The notes: generated by a model not told the origin, from the sequence alone. Counted from the first letter of the whole stretch, positions 51,401-62,449 are shown. The stretch is 63,870 bases of DNA, filler included, from Lenisia limosa (GCA_001655205.1; 13 parts of 13 records of this genome joined end to end with filler, not necessarily neighbours in it); one strand, 5' to 3'. Translations and numbers: made by a program.

Positions 51401-52956
51401 AGGAGCTATTGATTTTGCCTCTCTTCCAAATTTGTGACTATTTTCCATCTTATATCCTGTGTCATTTGCCTTATCATTGCTCAGTCCCACATGTTGTACA
51501 TGTACATATGATAACACCCCCTTCCCAGGCATCAGTAGCACTTGCCTGTGCAGACGGTTCTGTGTACTCAGTTGGCCATGGCAGAGGAACTGCCGGTGAT
51601 CTTGCGGGTGTTTTGGCACTCAATCTTGTTACCCCAACCGCTGATATCTCCGCCAGCGCTCTTCCAGACTTCGCCGCTTCAGCCAAAGGTAAGCGGATAT
51701 GCTATTATTATTTTTTTGATTTTTTTTTGTTTTGTTTTGCTTTTGTCTGTGTAATCAAATATTTTTTCAACTCTATACCCCCACTCACACACGCACATAC
51801 AAACACACGCTGTAATAACCCCTAGGACCCCACCACCCTANNNNNNNNNNNNNNNNNNNNNNNNNNNNNNNNNNNNNNNNNNNNNNNNNNNNNNATGGAC
51901 TTGCCCACGTTGCTGCCACCATGGCTGAAAAGGGTGTTGCGACCGCTTTTAGTCAGGTTGAGGCGATTGGACCCTGCTCTCCAAGTGTTCTTTTCAGGTA
52001 ACTGGTGTTTTTTTTTTGTTTTTTTTTTTGTTCCTTGTTCCAAATCATCTATGATTCTCTAGTGAACAACCCGCTGTCTCTGCTGCTGTATATCTGATCG
52101 CGTGCAAGGGCCTCCTGAAGAAGCCTGCTGAGGATGTAATCAAAATCGCGTCTTCTCGTATGGAAGGCTTTTCGTGTTCCTTTTCTGTTTATTATTCTGT
52201 GACTACTTTGATAGTCAGATGAAATAATCTTTTGGAAGTTCTGATGTTTTTGTTTTTTTTATCGTTGTTATTGCAACCCTCAATTTTTTAGTCCGTGCTG
52301 TCAGTTTAAGCGCATCTGAAGCTGCAACTGCAGGTTTTAAACTCACACAACAGCCAATGTCGGGGGGGGGGGGNNNNNNNNNNNNNNNNNNNNNNNNNNN
52401 NNNNNNNNNNNNNNNNNNNNNNNNNNNNNNNNNNNNNNNNNNNNNNNNNNNNNNNNNNNNNNGCACGCTCTTAACCTAACCAGGAGCAAACAAGCCCTTG
52501 AGAAACAGAGCAGCTCAGGCATGGGTCTGGATCTCAAGATCATTCCAGGGGTTGGCTGCCTAGCTGTTGTCGTCCCCTCATCTGATACCAAGCATAAGGT
52601 CTGTAACCGAAGAGTGGCTCCTACTGGCTGCCAAGTCCAACAATTAATTCTTTTTNNNNNNNNNNNNNNNNNNNNNNNNNNNNNNNNNNNNNNNNNNNNN
52701 NNNNNNNNNNNNNNNNNNNNNNNNNNNNNNNNNNNNNNNNNNNNNNNNNNNNNNNNNNNNNNNAATCTGTATTATATAACGCTGCTGTGGTGACAAACTG
52801 GTTTGAATACTTAATCTTTTCTCGATTTCTGCTTTCTTTCTTTCTTTTTGTTCTGTAGAGGCCAGATGGCTTTGTCTCCGAAATGATGATCAAGGAAAAG
52901 GAATGAGAAGGATGATTGACTACAGTCGCGAGATTTTGGCTACTATAAGACTATAA
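48462..52956 (+). CDS. Double-SH3, proline-rich adaptor with an unidentified helical C-terminal domain
   Basis: SH3-1 MVWKAKALFDYEAADTDELSFKEGELITITEKSDTWWTG|ELNGKSGSLPSNFVELV; SH3-2 YRVTTTYTAEDEGEISLEEGTEVVVEDKSEDWWTVKH..EETGKFPSNHLEEI (50236-50472); P/A/K/S/T-rich spacers; C-terminal exons to ~52956. Confidence 0.85.
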
Positions 52957-53291
52957 TTGGACTATAAGTTCTCTGACTGACTAAGTAGTTGGGTGTGCTG
53001 GTTGGGTGGGCGTGGGTCCGTGCAACCGTGGGTAGGTCTTCCTCCCGTCCCACGACCTGACAAGTTGACATTGCGTATCCCCACTTTAAGTGAGTATTTC
53101 AGTATTTAATTAGAAAGGAAAGACCTGATTTTCTCTGGACGCCGGCGGGTATTCGGAAAATTGGTCCATGAGACCCGGGTCGCCCCGGGAAGGCTGATTA
53201 AAATAGAAAACAGATAGCACAGGATAGAAAAGGCTAATATATATCAGAAGGAAGTGTATAGGAGCATTGGAGGCGTACTGCAGCACAGCAA

Positions 53292-55615
53292 GATGGACCC
53301 AGAAGAACCTAGTGTGTCTCTCTCAGCGGAAGATTCAAGTAATACACCTTCGTTCTTCTTTTTACTAGCTCTAGGTACCATTGCAGTAAATGACTTGATT
53401 TCTTTTATCGCTGGAACCTCTCCTGACAAAAGGTACTTCCCTTGTTACAAATGATCCTGTTTCCGCTTACCTGTCAATTCTTATTTGATGTGAATTGTAG
53501 ACAGTGCTTATATTTCTTGGGATCCTTTTTGTTATTTCATGATTGCCATATTGCATTTATTTAATTGCTCAGTAATGCGATTGGTGCTGCCAACCTGAAA
53601 AAGGTAGGAGAGGATCTCACATCAAAAGCAGCAAATTCCTTTAAATCACTTCAACTAACCCACCCCCCCAGCTGATGGATGAGAAGCTTGAAGCCATCTC
53701 CAAGGATGCACCTACATCTCCAGATATTTCTTTGGAACAAATACCAGATTTTGACATTGACCCCGTTCAAGAGCAAGGTAAGCATCAATTTTACCACTTC
53801 CACCTCTATTGTTCAACGGTTTATTTGCTTTCAAGTTAAATTTCCCGGTTTTTATAGCCCAGAGGATATAGCTGGTGGGAGAGTTGGAGATTTCCGAAGT
53901 GTCTGTTTTGATGGAAGCCGAAGAAGCCCGAACCTCGTAATTAACAGGGAAGGTAGCACTGTGGGTGGGCGTGTGATAATATTTTCCTTGTTTCTCAAGA
54001 ATATACACACGATAACATATCGATGATATTTATATATTGAGACATTTAGGTTTTTTCCAAAGAAGGTTTCTCAACAGCCATGGCGTCATGTGGTATTTAT
54101 AAAGGAAAGTTGGTAAGGGATACGAGGCGTCACTAGTAGAGTGTTTTTTTGTTTGCACGAGTGTTTATCTACAAATTAGAACCTTTTGATTACACTCCTT
54201 TAGATGGTGTTATGAGACAATGATTCAGACTGGTGGTCTGGCACAAATTGGATTCTGTACCCGTTCGGTGAAGAGCACTGTTGAGGTTTGACTGGTTAAA
54301 CGATTAATTGAAAGAATTTTTTTTGTTGTTGTTGTTGTTTTTGTTTAACATTGCTAGAATGGTGTTGGAGATAGTCCTGATTCTTTCGCATTTGATGGCT
54401 TCAGACGAATGGCTTGGAATATTGGAAGGTATTGCTTTTCTTCAATTTTTTTTTTCTTTCAGTAGACTTATTGACTGTGTCTTAACACTGCCTCTTATTT
54501 CGTAGAATAAGCTATGGTGAAACATGGGTGCGTGGCGACATCTTAACAGCATGTATTGACGCCGATATTGGTGAAATATACTACTACCTTAACGGTAGGT
54601 TTCACCTTCTGTATTCAGCTTTCTTTAACTACTTAAGGACGCCCCATGAAGGATAACCCTGATAACAAGCCAGCATTCACAGGTCTTAGACTTGGAGTTT
54701 TGGAGGGAATATACTTCCCCGCTGTCAGGTAACTGGGATGCTTTGATGACTATTTTGAGCTCAAAAGTAACTTGTTTAGTCTCTCTCAGTATGAAGCAGT
54801 GGTATGCAACTTTGGCCAAACTCCTTTCGTCTATCCTATCGAAGGCTTTAGACCTATCATGGTTTGTGTGACCTTGAAATGGATTGGAAATATGATCTGA
54901 ACAGAGTGAAAAGGTAAAATAGAAAAGGCTACATAATCTGTTATACATAAATAGGGCTAACAGAGCATTATTACGAGAAATTCCATACTCCACATCCCTC
55001 GCTGCTTTTCAAATATTGTTTTGACTTGCCTAATTGCATCAGGACAGTCCATCAACAAAAGATTTGGATCGTGCGTCTTACCTAACAACCTGTCTCGGAA
55101 GAGCCTTATTAAGGTAAAGCGAATGATACATCAAATGCTTTCAATACCTACACCTGGCCTTCCTTTATTTTTTGTTTTAGTTACACCCCCCCTGGGCACG
55201 AAGTCCTCCATACGGATTCCAAGTGCAAGGATACCCAACAGGCTGAAACTCTTGCAGACAACTCGCACTTGGTGTCACATTCTGAGGCCCTCATTGCTTT
55301 CACGCACATCCTCAGCCGCCTTGTTCCTATGCTATGCAATACCTATCTCGTTAGTGGTTGATAAATAATGTTAAAACATAGTTCCAGTTTTTCGAATCGA
55401 TTTTCCTTCGTTATACTTCCAGGTGGCCAGCATTTTCGTTCCTCTCATTTCTCGACTCACAAGTTATTCACCAACAAAATTGAAACTTCTGGGTATGATA
55501 CAATTATCCTTTTGTAAATTCATTGCTTTAAATAACAGACATTTGGATATAGTAACATCACTGAATGCCCAATCAACCCTTAGGTCAAATGCTTCGCCTC
55601 ACCGTTGGACCTGGA
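53292..55615 (+). CDS. RNF123: RNF123/KPC1-like SPRY-domain protein (probable E3 ligase), N-terminal part
   Basis: Spliced SPRY domain: CGIYKGK|WCYETMIQTGGLAQIGFCT..NGVGDSPDSFAFDGFRRMAWN..YGETWVRGDILTACIDADIGEIYYYLNG..GIYFPAVSLSQYEAVVCNFGQTPFVYPIEGFRPI. This parallels RNF123 (GVGDT.NSYAYDG..YGKAW..GDIVSCLIDLD.G.LSFCLNG..YFPAISLS..E....NFGSRPLRYPV.GYRPL). The RING domain is not seen in the window, so the symbol is provisional. Confidence 0.78.
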
Positions 55616-55729
55616 NNNNNNNNNNNNNNNNNNNNNNNNNNNNNNNNNNNNNNNNNNNNTTAATTAATTAANNNNNNNNNNNNNNNNNNNNNNNNNNNNN
55701 NNNNNNNNNNNNNNNCCCCCCCCCCCCCA

Positions 55730-58700
55730 GGTTGTTCTCTCCCACGATCTTCAACGTCATAGTTTGATCCACTCTACCCTGGCTCGGTTTAGAGACTCTC
55801 TCACAAATGCAAGATTGCTGAAGTGGGGAGTTGGGATTCTATAATATTTCAGATATTTTGTTTCCACCGTGTAATATATTTCAGATAATATTGCTGGTTA
55901 TACATATAGCTATAGTATATTATGTATAATATAATATTTGTGCCGGCTCTATGGACTTTCTCACTATCTTTATGATCGTTTATTTAAGACTTTATCCACC
56001 CTCCCCCCCGGATGCGGTTGACTGGCCTGGGCTTTGTTTGTTTTTTTGTTATCAACCCTCGTGTGTTGTCTTCCAGCAGAGTTGATTTTGGGCTTTTTGT
56101 TTCATAAATTTCCTTCGTTTTACTCCCCCTCCCCCCAGACAAAAGCTGAACCCGTCTTATGTCCGCGCAATTGATAAGAGCGTACAACAACTTATTGGAG
56201 CTTGCCAGATGGTGGGAGTATACTATATTATATGATTATATTGTATATTATGTGTATGTGTGGTGGTGGAGAGGCGTGTGTACTGTGTGTGGTGGAGAGG
56301 CGTGTGTACTAGGTATTGTCAACCCGAATGCTGTGTACACATTGTTGTAAAGCAAAATGATTGGGTGAATTAATATGATACTATATCTCTTATAATCGTG
56401 ATGGTGTGGACGGTGATGATGATGAATCGTTTTGATTTTGGGCTTTTTATGTACATATTTTCCAACTTAAGCCCCCCACCCCAGAAGCGACNNNNNNNNN
56501 NNNNNNNNNNNNNNNNNNNNNNNNNNNNNNNNNNNNNNNNNNNNNNNNNNNNNNNNNNNNNNNNNNNNNNNNNNNNNNNNNNNNNNNNNNNNNNNNNNNN
56601 NNNNNNNNNNNNNNNNNNNNNNNNNNNNNNNNNNNNNNNNNNNNNNNNNNNNNNNNNNNNNNNNNNNNNNNNNNNNNNNNNNNNNNTTTTGTTTTTACCC
56701 CATAGATTAACACGAGATTGGCATCGCCCGAAACGTTTTCCCTCCCCGACTTGCCTCCTGCCCAAGCTATTGCAGACCTCGACATTTTACTCGGACAAAG
56801 TGAGGGAAAATTGGGGGACACTGAATGATCCATCACACAATAGTCAAACCAGCTTTTGTCACGGAAAGTTGAAATCACCACTTTGCAGTTGAGGATCTCT
56901 CGGCCAAGGCGGTCAAGCTAGGCGAGGCGCAACACGTCTTGGAAATAGCCCTGACTGGCCTGGATACTGTGCAGACTGTGAGGAGGAGTGGGTATAATGG
57001 GGGATTTGCTGTGATGGTATGATATATTTTTTATTGAACATGATGTAATACTTTAATGACGCATTTGTACGGTGTGTAATATTATAATATGTGTGTGTAG
57101 GTGGAATAGCTATTATTTCGACTTTTTTTTTAAGAAAAATATGTATTGAATACAAGACAAGGGAAACAAATACACATTTAGACTAGGGCTTCACTTTGGT
57201 TCTGAGAAAACTGATTTTTTCGGAAACTATCGATATTTGGGTCTTTTTCGAACCGAAGTGAAGCCCTAATTTGGACCATATGCATATGTCATGTCGTACG
57301 TTTTCTTGACTCATTTGTTAGGGCGAGGGTGTAGAATGGATAGTATTGATATATTTGCTGTTTGGGGTTTTTGTCCCCCCCCCCCCCCCCCNNNNNNNNN
57401 NNNNNNNNNNNNNNNNNNNNNNNNNNNNNNNNNNNNNNNNNNNNNNNNNNNNNNNNNNTTGGAAAAAGCCGAGCAAAACAACCTAGTGATCTTACCTTTC
57501 CCCCAGACAAAGCAGAAAGCCCTGGATATGAAGGCATTGTGGGAGACCCTTTCAAAGTGGCAAGATATGGTGGAGGTGGGAGGGGACTATCTTTAATGCT
57601 TGTGTTTATGGAATATGTGTTACTAGCCAACTGAGTTGATTTTGGGCTTCTTCTTTTTTCTTCTTTCCCAGAGTTTTTCCAATTTTACGCCAATATTCTT
57701 TATCGAAATTTTCTTCGTTTCACAGCGATGGGATGCGGTGCTGCAGAAGCGATAGACCTGGGCTTTGTTTGTNNNNNNNNNNNNNNNNNNNNNNNNNNNN
57801 NNNNNNNNNNNNNNNNTTAATTAATTAANNNNNNNNNNNNNNNNNNNNNNNNNNNNNNNNNNNNNNNNNNNNTTTCACCAAGGATGGCCGCCACAATCCT
57901 GCTCTGATCTCCCTGCACAAATTCGAACCTGGTGACTACTCCATACCTCACTGCTTTGTTTTCAGAGATCAACTTGAATGTTCCCCCTGGAACCGCCTTT
58001 ATGAGACCATCCACCTGTGAACCTTTCCCTGAGTTCAAACCAAAGGTGACAACTGAAGAGAAGGTCGTATTTTTCAATAAGCTCAACACCAAGCCGCCTC
58101 GCTGTGACGTGCAATATCAGTTCTCCCTCATGAATTCTGCGAGAAAGAGGATTCAAGAAGACGTCGGTCAAGGAAATCATTTCTTAGAAGGCGCCTTTTC
58201 TATGGCTGTTTTACTTGCACAAGAATCCACCGACACTCTCAAGAAGCTCACAGGTGCTGCCTCAATCCTCACTGCCTCAGATTCCCCTGAAACCTCTCAA
58301 CAGTTGACAAAGACATTCTGTGAAATTGTGCAGAAAGTTGTGTGCACAGAGTTGTAAGCCAAATGATTGGATGTGACATTTAAGTAGAGAATACGAGACA
58401 AATAGGTCAAAAAATGAGCGTAAATTTCCCATAAATGGGCGAAAATATGATAGAAGATGCTAATAAATCAAGCGAATTTGACTCTTACCTTTTGTGCCGT
58501 TCCAGAACGGTAAATGGGTTATTGACGCAGTATATACCTTAATCAGACGTCTATTTCGTCCATTGGCTCTATTATAGAGACTGAACAAGGAAAATTCTTG
58601 AAAAAACCGTTACAAAAGTTGACTTAAATATCTCAAAACCACTACATTTCCTCCAAAAATGGATTTCAGATTCGAATTCTCCATAAATATCTGCGTTTCT

Positions 58701-59160
58701 ATAGTGGGGCACTTTAATAGGCTCAAATGCTATTATTCTGAAAGAGGGGTTTCAAAAAATATTTTCGCGTAAAGGAAACTGGGTGACCCCGGTCGGGTCG
58801 ATTCTGATCAAAAGATCTTTTTTTTCGATTTTTTTATCTCCTCTTTTTTCTTCNNNNNNNNNNNNNNNNNNNNNNNNNNNNNNNNNNNNNNNNNNNNNNN
58901 NNNNNNNNNNNNNNNNNNNNNNNNNNNNNNNNNNNNNNNNNNNNNNNNNNNNNNNNNNNNNNNNNNNNNNNNNNNNNNNNNNNNNNNNNNNNNNNNNNNN
59001 NNNNNNNNNNNNNNNNNNNNNNNNNNNNNNNNTGATAATATGGTATGATATGATATAATATACGATATGATATGTTGTTCCGTATCTTACCAGACAAAGT
59101 TCCTTCATTCTCCATGATGAGAGGCATCACTCTAGTGACACTGGCGGACTTGGATAAGTT
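55730..59160 (+). CDS. Helical protein exons, possibly the continuation of the RNF123-like gene across spacers
   Basis: Plus exons VVLSHDLQRHSLIHSTLARFRDSLTNARLLK, QKLNPSYVRAIDKSVQQLIGACQM, INTRLASPETFSLPDLPP, ORF 57932-58357, NGKWVIDAVYTLIR. Same strand as the SPRY part, but separated from it by spacers. Confidence 0.45.
56010..56138 (+). mobile_element. Family A copy supplying an acceptor
   Basis: Ends TTTTACTCCCCCTCCCCCCAG, followed directly by an exon at 56139. Further plus copies: 46781-46862, 56428-56484, 57625-57690, 57724-57772. Confidence 0.8.
57184..57268. mobile_element. Family C hAT-like MITE with 8-bp TSD
   Basis: TAGGGCTTCAC...GTGAAGCCCTA; flanks ATTTAGAC / ATTTGGAC (7/8). Confidence 0.85.
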
Positions 59161-59430
59161 GGGGATTGGTTGGTTATGCAGATTCTAGAATGTCAGCGAT
59201 TATTTAAAATACAATACTCAAGCGCAGGGTTGACAAAGTCAGTCTGCTAATTCTCACTAAAGTTCTGGCTGTTTAATATAATAATTCCCTAGACATGTTG
59301 TATTGGTGAAAATATGATTTGGTGGTCTAAAATAAAAAATCTAGGGTTTTCTAGGGTNNNNNNNNNNNNNNNNNNNNNNNNNNNNNNNNNNNNNNNNNNN
59401 NNNNNNNNNNNNNNNNNNNNNNAATACAAA

Positions 59431-60784
59431 CATATGCCAGTGTAAAAAATAACAAAAAAACAAGACATACGAAGATGTTTCTCTTCTTCTTGTCCGGTGA
59501 GAACATACTCTTCCCGAAAGAACAGAAGAACAAGTTGGGACCTAAAAATAATTTTACCAATAAAATGACTACAAATAATAAAAAGGAGTATTCCAAACTA
59601 TCCGTTTTCTTCTGTGTGGAATTGCTTTGGAGCCTGCTCAGCGGAAAAGTTTAAGGTGTAGCTGGAGTAGCAGGGCTCGGCACTCCGAAAGAGCCCAAAT
59701 TCCGACTCATCAGGTTAATGCTGTCAAGAGTGTTTTGAAGAAAGCACACATAATTGACCACATAATTAATTACCAACCTGACTTGATAGGGTCTCGGTTT
59801 TGACCGGTATTTCCGGAAAGTGTGTTCCTTGGTAAAGACAGAAAGACGTAGAGAAGATGAGTTGAGTTCAACTCCTTAAGCAAGAAGACAGGCCAATAAT
59901 ATAATGAAAACTGACAAGAATACTCTATTGGATATAAAACCCACAACCTTGATAAAGTTTGCCGTCAAGATGTGTTGACCCAATGGATCCCCTTTTCTCT
60001 TTGGGTCTCTGTTCTGTTTTGACTCTGATGAAGAACAAAATGCCTGAGCTCTTTGTGATAAGTCGAATTGTGGTTGCTGCTTGGGACATTGCTTCCATCC
60101 GTTCAGGCCATCCAAACATCGCGTCTGTCGTAAACTTGTGTACAAGGTTGTAGCCTTCAGGGTGGAGTCTAATGAAAGCCGCGGCCTGTAGGCGAATACA
60201 CTCAATTAGAGTTGCATAGGCTATGGTTTCTCTGGTGGCTGAAAGTACCAAAGCCTCCACAAGCGGCCGATCCATGAGTTTCATAAGGGATGAATACGAC
60301 CTAGAAAAATCAAACGTTAGAATTGGGGGAAAATATCCCGAATAATTTTTGTTTTTTTTGGTATGTCAAAATATTCGACACGGGCAAATCACCAAAAATG
60401 AATTTTTTTGGGAAATGAGCGTTCAAAACATCCGTTTTGGAGTTTTTTTTATTTTTTAATATTTTTACCCAGTACCTCAAAAAGTGGTACCCGGGGGTAT
60501 TTAATTGACCTTTTTTTTTTCCTTTCATTTTCCTTTATTATCAACTTTTTTTAATTATGGAACTGGAGCAACATTCAGACGAAATACAAAAGGTTTGAAG
60601 TGTAATTATATGAGTTTTGATAGTGGATATTGGACAATATATGGTCATTTTATTGGTTTAATTATTGTTAGGTCCTAACTTGTTCTTCTGTTCTTTCGGT
60701 GATGAGTATGTTCTCAACCGGACAAGAACAAGAGAAACATCTTTGTATGTCTTGTTTTTTTGTTATCTTTTACACTGGCATATG
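59431..60784. mobile_element. ~1.35-kb unit bounded by ~140-bp inverted repeats (59431-59569 / 60644-60784) enclosing a spliced gene
   Basis: Left arm CATATGCCAGTGTAAAAAATAACAAAAAAACAAGACATACGAAGATGTTTCTC...AATAAAATGAC is the reverse complement (about 90% by eye) of GTCATTTTATT...TTTTACACTGGCATATG. No TSD seen. Confidence 0.55.
59651..60300 (-). CDS. Orphan three-exon gene (~170 aa) inside inverted repeats
   Basis: Exons 60300(ATG 60284)-59948, 59874-59778, 59720-59651; introns GTTGTG..TTAAG (73 nt) and GTTGGT..GACAG (57 nt) keep frame: MKLMDRPLVEALVLSATRE...HLDGKLYQ|GVELNSSSLRLSVFTKEHTFRKYRSKPRPYQVS|INLMSRNLGSFGVPSPATPATP*. Confidence 0.6.
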
Positions 60785-61000
60785 CGTACCAGGCATATAT
60801 CATATATAGGTGGGGGGACATGACCGTGTCCAGGGACATGACCGTGTCCACTTTTTAAAAANNNNNNNNNNNNNNNNNNNNNNNNNNNNNNNNNNNNNNN
60901 NNNNNTTAATTAATTAANNNNNNNNNNNNNNNNNNNNNNNNNNNNNNNNNNNNNNNNNNNNGGGGGGGGGGGGATCCTAACGAATGCTAATGCTTGGGAG

Positions 61001-61137
61001 GCACGCAGAAAGCTGTGTGTTGTAAGGCAAATGATTGGGTGAATTAATACTTTGCTCTAATTCAATATCTCGAAAAGCGTGATGTTGTGGACGGCTTCTG
61101 CCAGATACAACCTTATTTTTTATTTCTCATTGCTATA
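61001..61137 (+). repeat. Family D full-length copy
   Basis: GCACGCAGAAAGCTGTGTGTTGTAAGGCAAATGATTGGGTGAATTAATA...CCAGATACAACCTTATTTTTTATTTCTCATTGCTATA. Partial same-orientation copies: 56327-56413, 61595-61630, 32865-32925. Confidence 0.8.
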
Positions 61138-61295
61138 TTATACTCTCAAAACTACTTTTTCATTGATCCTAGTCCTTTTTCCAGGGTGTTTATATCAGGA
61201 GCGTTTTGCACCAATAAAATGACAGGCTTTATTTATCATATGATATAGTATGTAATTTATATTATATCTGTCTTTAGCATTCTTGACGCTTCAGG

Positions 61296-62347
61296 TTGCC
61301 GCAACACACATATCTGATATGAACACCAAGAGCATGTTGCAACAACTGCTGAAGCAAGGTCGGTGTCTTTTTCTTGTGCTTTCCATTCATGCCCCCTCCA
61401 CTATCTATTGTGCTTTTCCCCATTTCAGCTCCACTGATTACTGTGCTTTACCTTCATTCCCTCCACTCTCTATTACAGTTTATTTCTCCTCTCCACCAGT
61501 TTCTCCCCTTACTGCCCAGCTGTTATCCCCCAAAACGGCAGTCCTGTTAACTCCGAACCCGATACTCCCATTGTTGTGAGTGGGCTGTGTCAGGCACGCT
61601 GAAAGCTGTGCAAATGATTGGGTGAACTGAAAGTGGCACTTATTATAATAATACCAATAAGCTGTGTGTTTTGTGTTTGTGGTTTCTGTCTAGTTTTACC
61701 ATGTGTTTGTTGTCGCTTATTTTATTTTTTTAGATTTTTGTTTGTTTAGTTTCAGATTATTCGGTGCGTGATTAGTACCTTGAATATTCTTCATCGAAAT
61801 TTCCTTCGTTTTATTCCTCCCCCATAAATCAGTCTTATTCCACGATCTTCTTCTATTTCCTATCTAAGATCATGCCTGGTTTTACTTTCAGCTTTGGTTG
61901 CTCGTGTTTGTTATTGCTTGTTTTTTTGTTTGTTTGGAGTTTCAGATTAAACGGTTCGTGATTACTACCTGTACGTCAATACTCTTCATCGACATTTCCT
62001 TCGTTTTACCCCCCCCCCCNNNNNNNNNNNNNNNNNNNNNNNNNNNNNNNNNNNNNNNNNNNNNNNNNNNNNNNNNNNNNNNNNNGTCCAAAATCACAAA
62101 CACGGACACAAACGACGCTCTCGATAACAAGAAGAAAATGGCCCTCAATATCCTAGCGGCTGTTATGGTCATCAGCGAGTCGACCAGCGTGTCCAGGTTT
62201 GTTTTGGGACAGGCAGGAAGCGGTGAGCGCCAATAACTGGCTGAATTAGTATGATAGCTATGTAGAACTGGCTGAATTAATATGTTTTTATCAAAAATAG
62301 AAACTGACCCCCCCCCCCAGGTTCTTCCCCTCCCTCCTCAGCACTGT
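61296..62347 (+). CDS. Uncharacterised gene fragment between two spacers
   Basis: Exons VAATHISDMNTKSMLQQLLKQ and SKITNTDTNDALDNKKKMALNILAAVMVISESTSVS with GT donors. Confidence 0.4.
61925..62019 (+). repeat. Family E intronic repeat ending in a C-tract
   Basis: GTTTGGAGTTTCAGATTA...GTTCGTGA...CTTCATCGACATTTCCTTCGTTTTACCCCCC. Copies: 2485-2520, 61735-61825, 3' part at 57690-57724. Confidence 0.7.
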
Positions 62348-62449
62348 GCNNNNNNNNNNNNNNNNNNNNNNNNNNNNNNNNNNNNNNNNNNNNTTAATTA
62401 ATTAANNNNNNNNNNNNNNNNNNNNNNNNNNNNNNNNNNNNNNNNNNNN

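Noticed and set aside
58660-58690. GATTCGAATTCTCCCA as a tRNA T-arm
   Set aside because: No matching acceptor stem or D-arm upstream.
59341-59357. CTAGGGTTTTCTAGGGT as telomere-like repeat beside the inverted-repeat unit
   Set aside because: Only two imperfect units are visible before masked bases; not supportable.
8947-62449. TTAATTAATTAA recurring 12 times as a biological motif
   Set aside because: Always centred in exactly 88 N; it is an all-frame-stop assembly linker.
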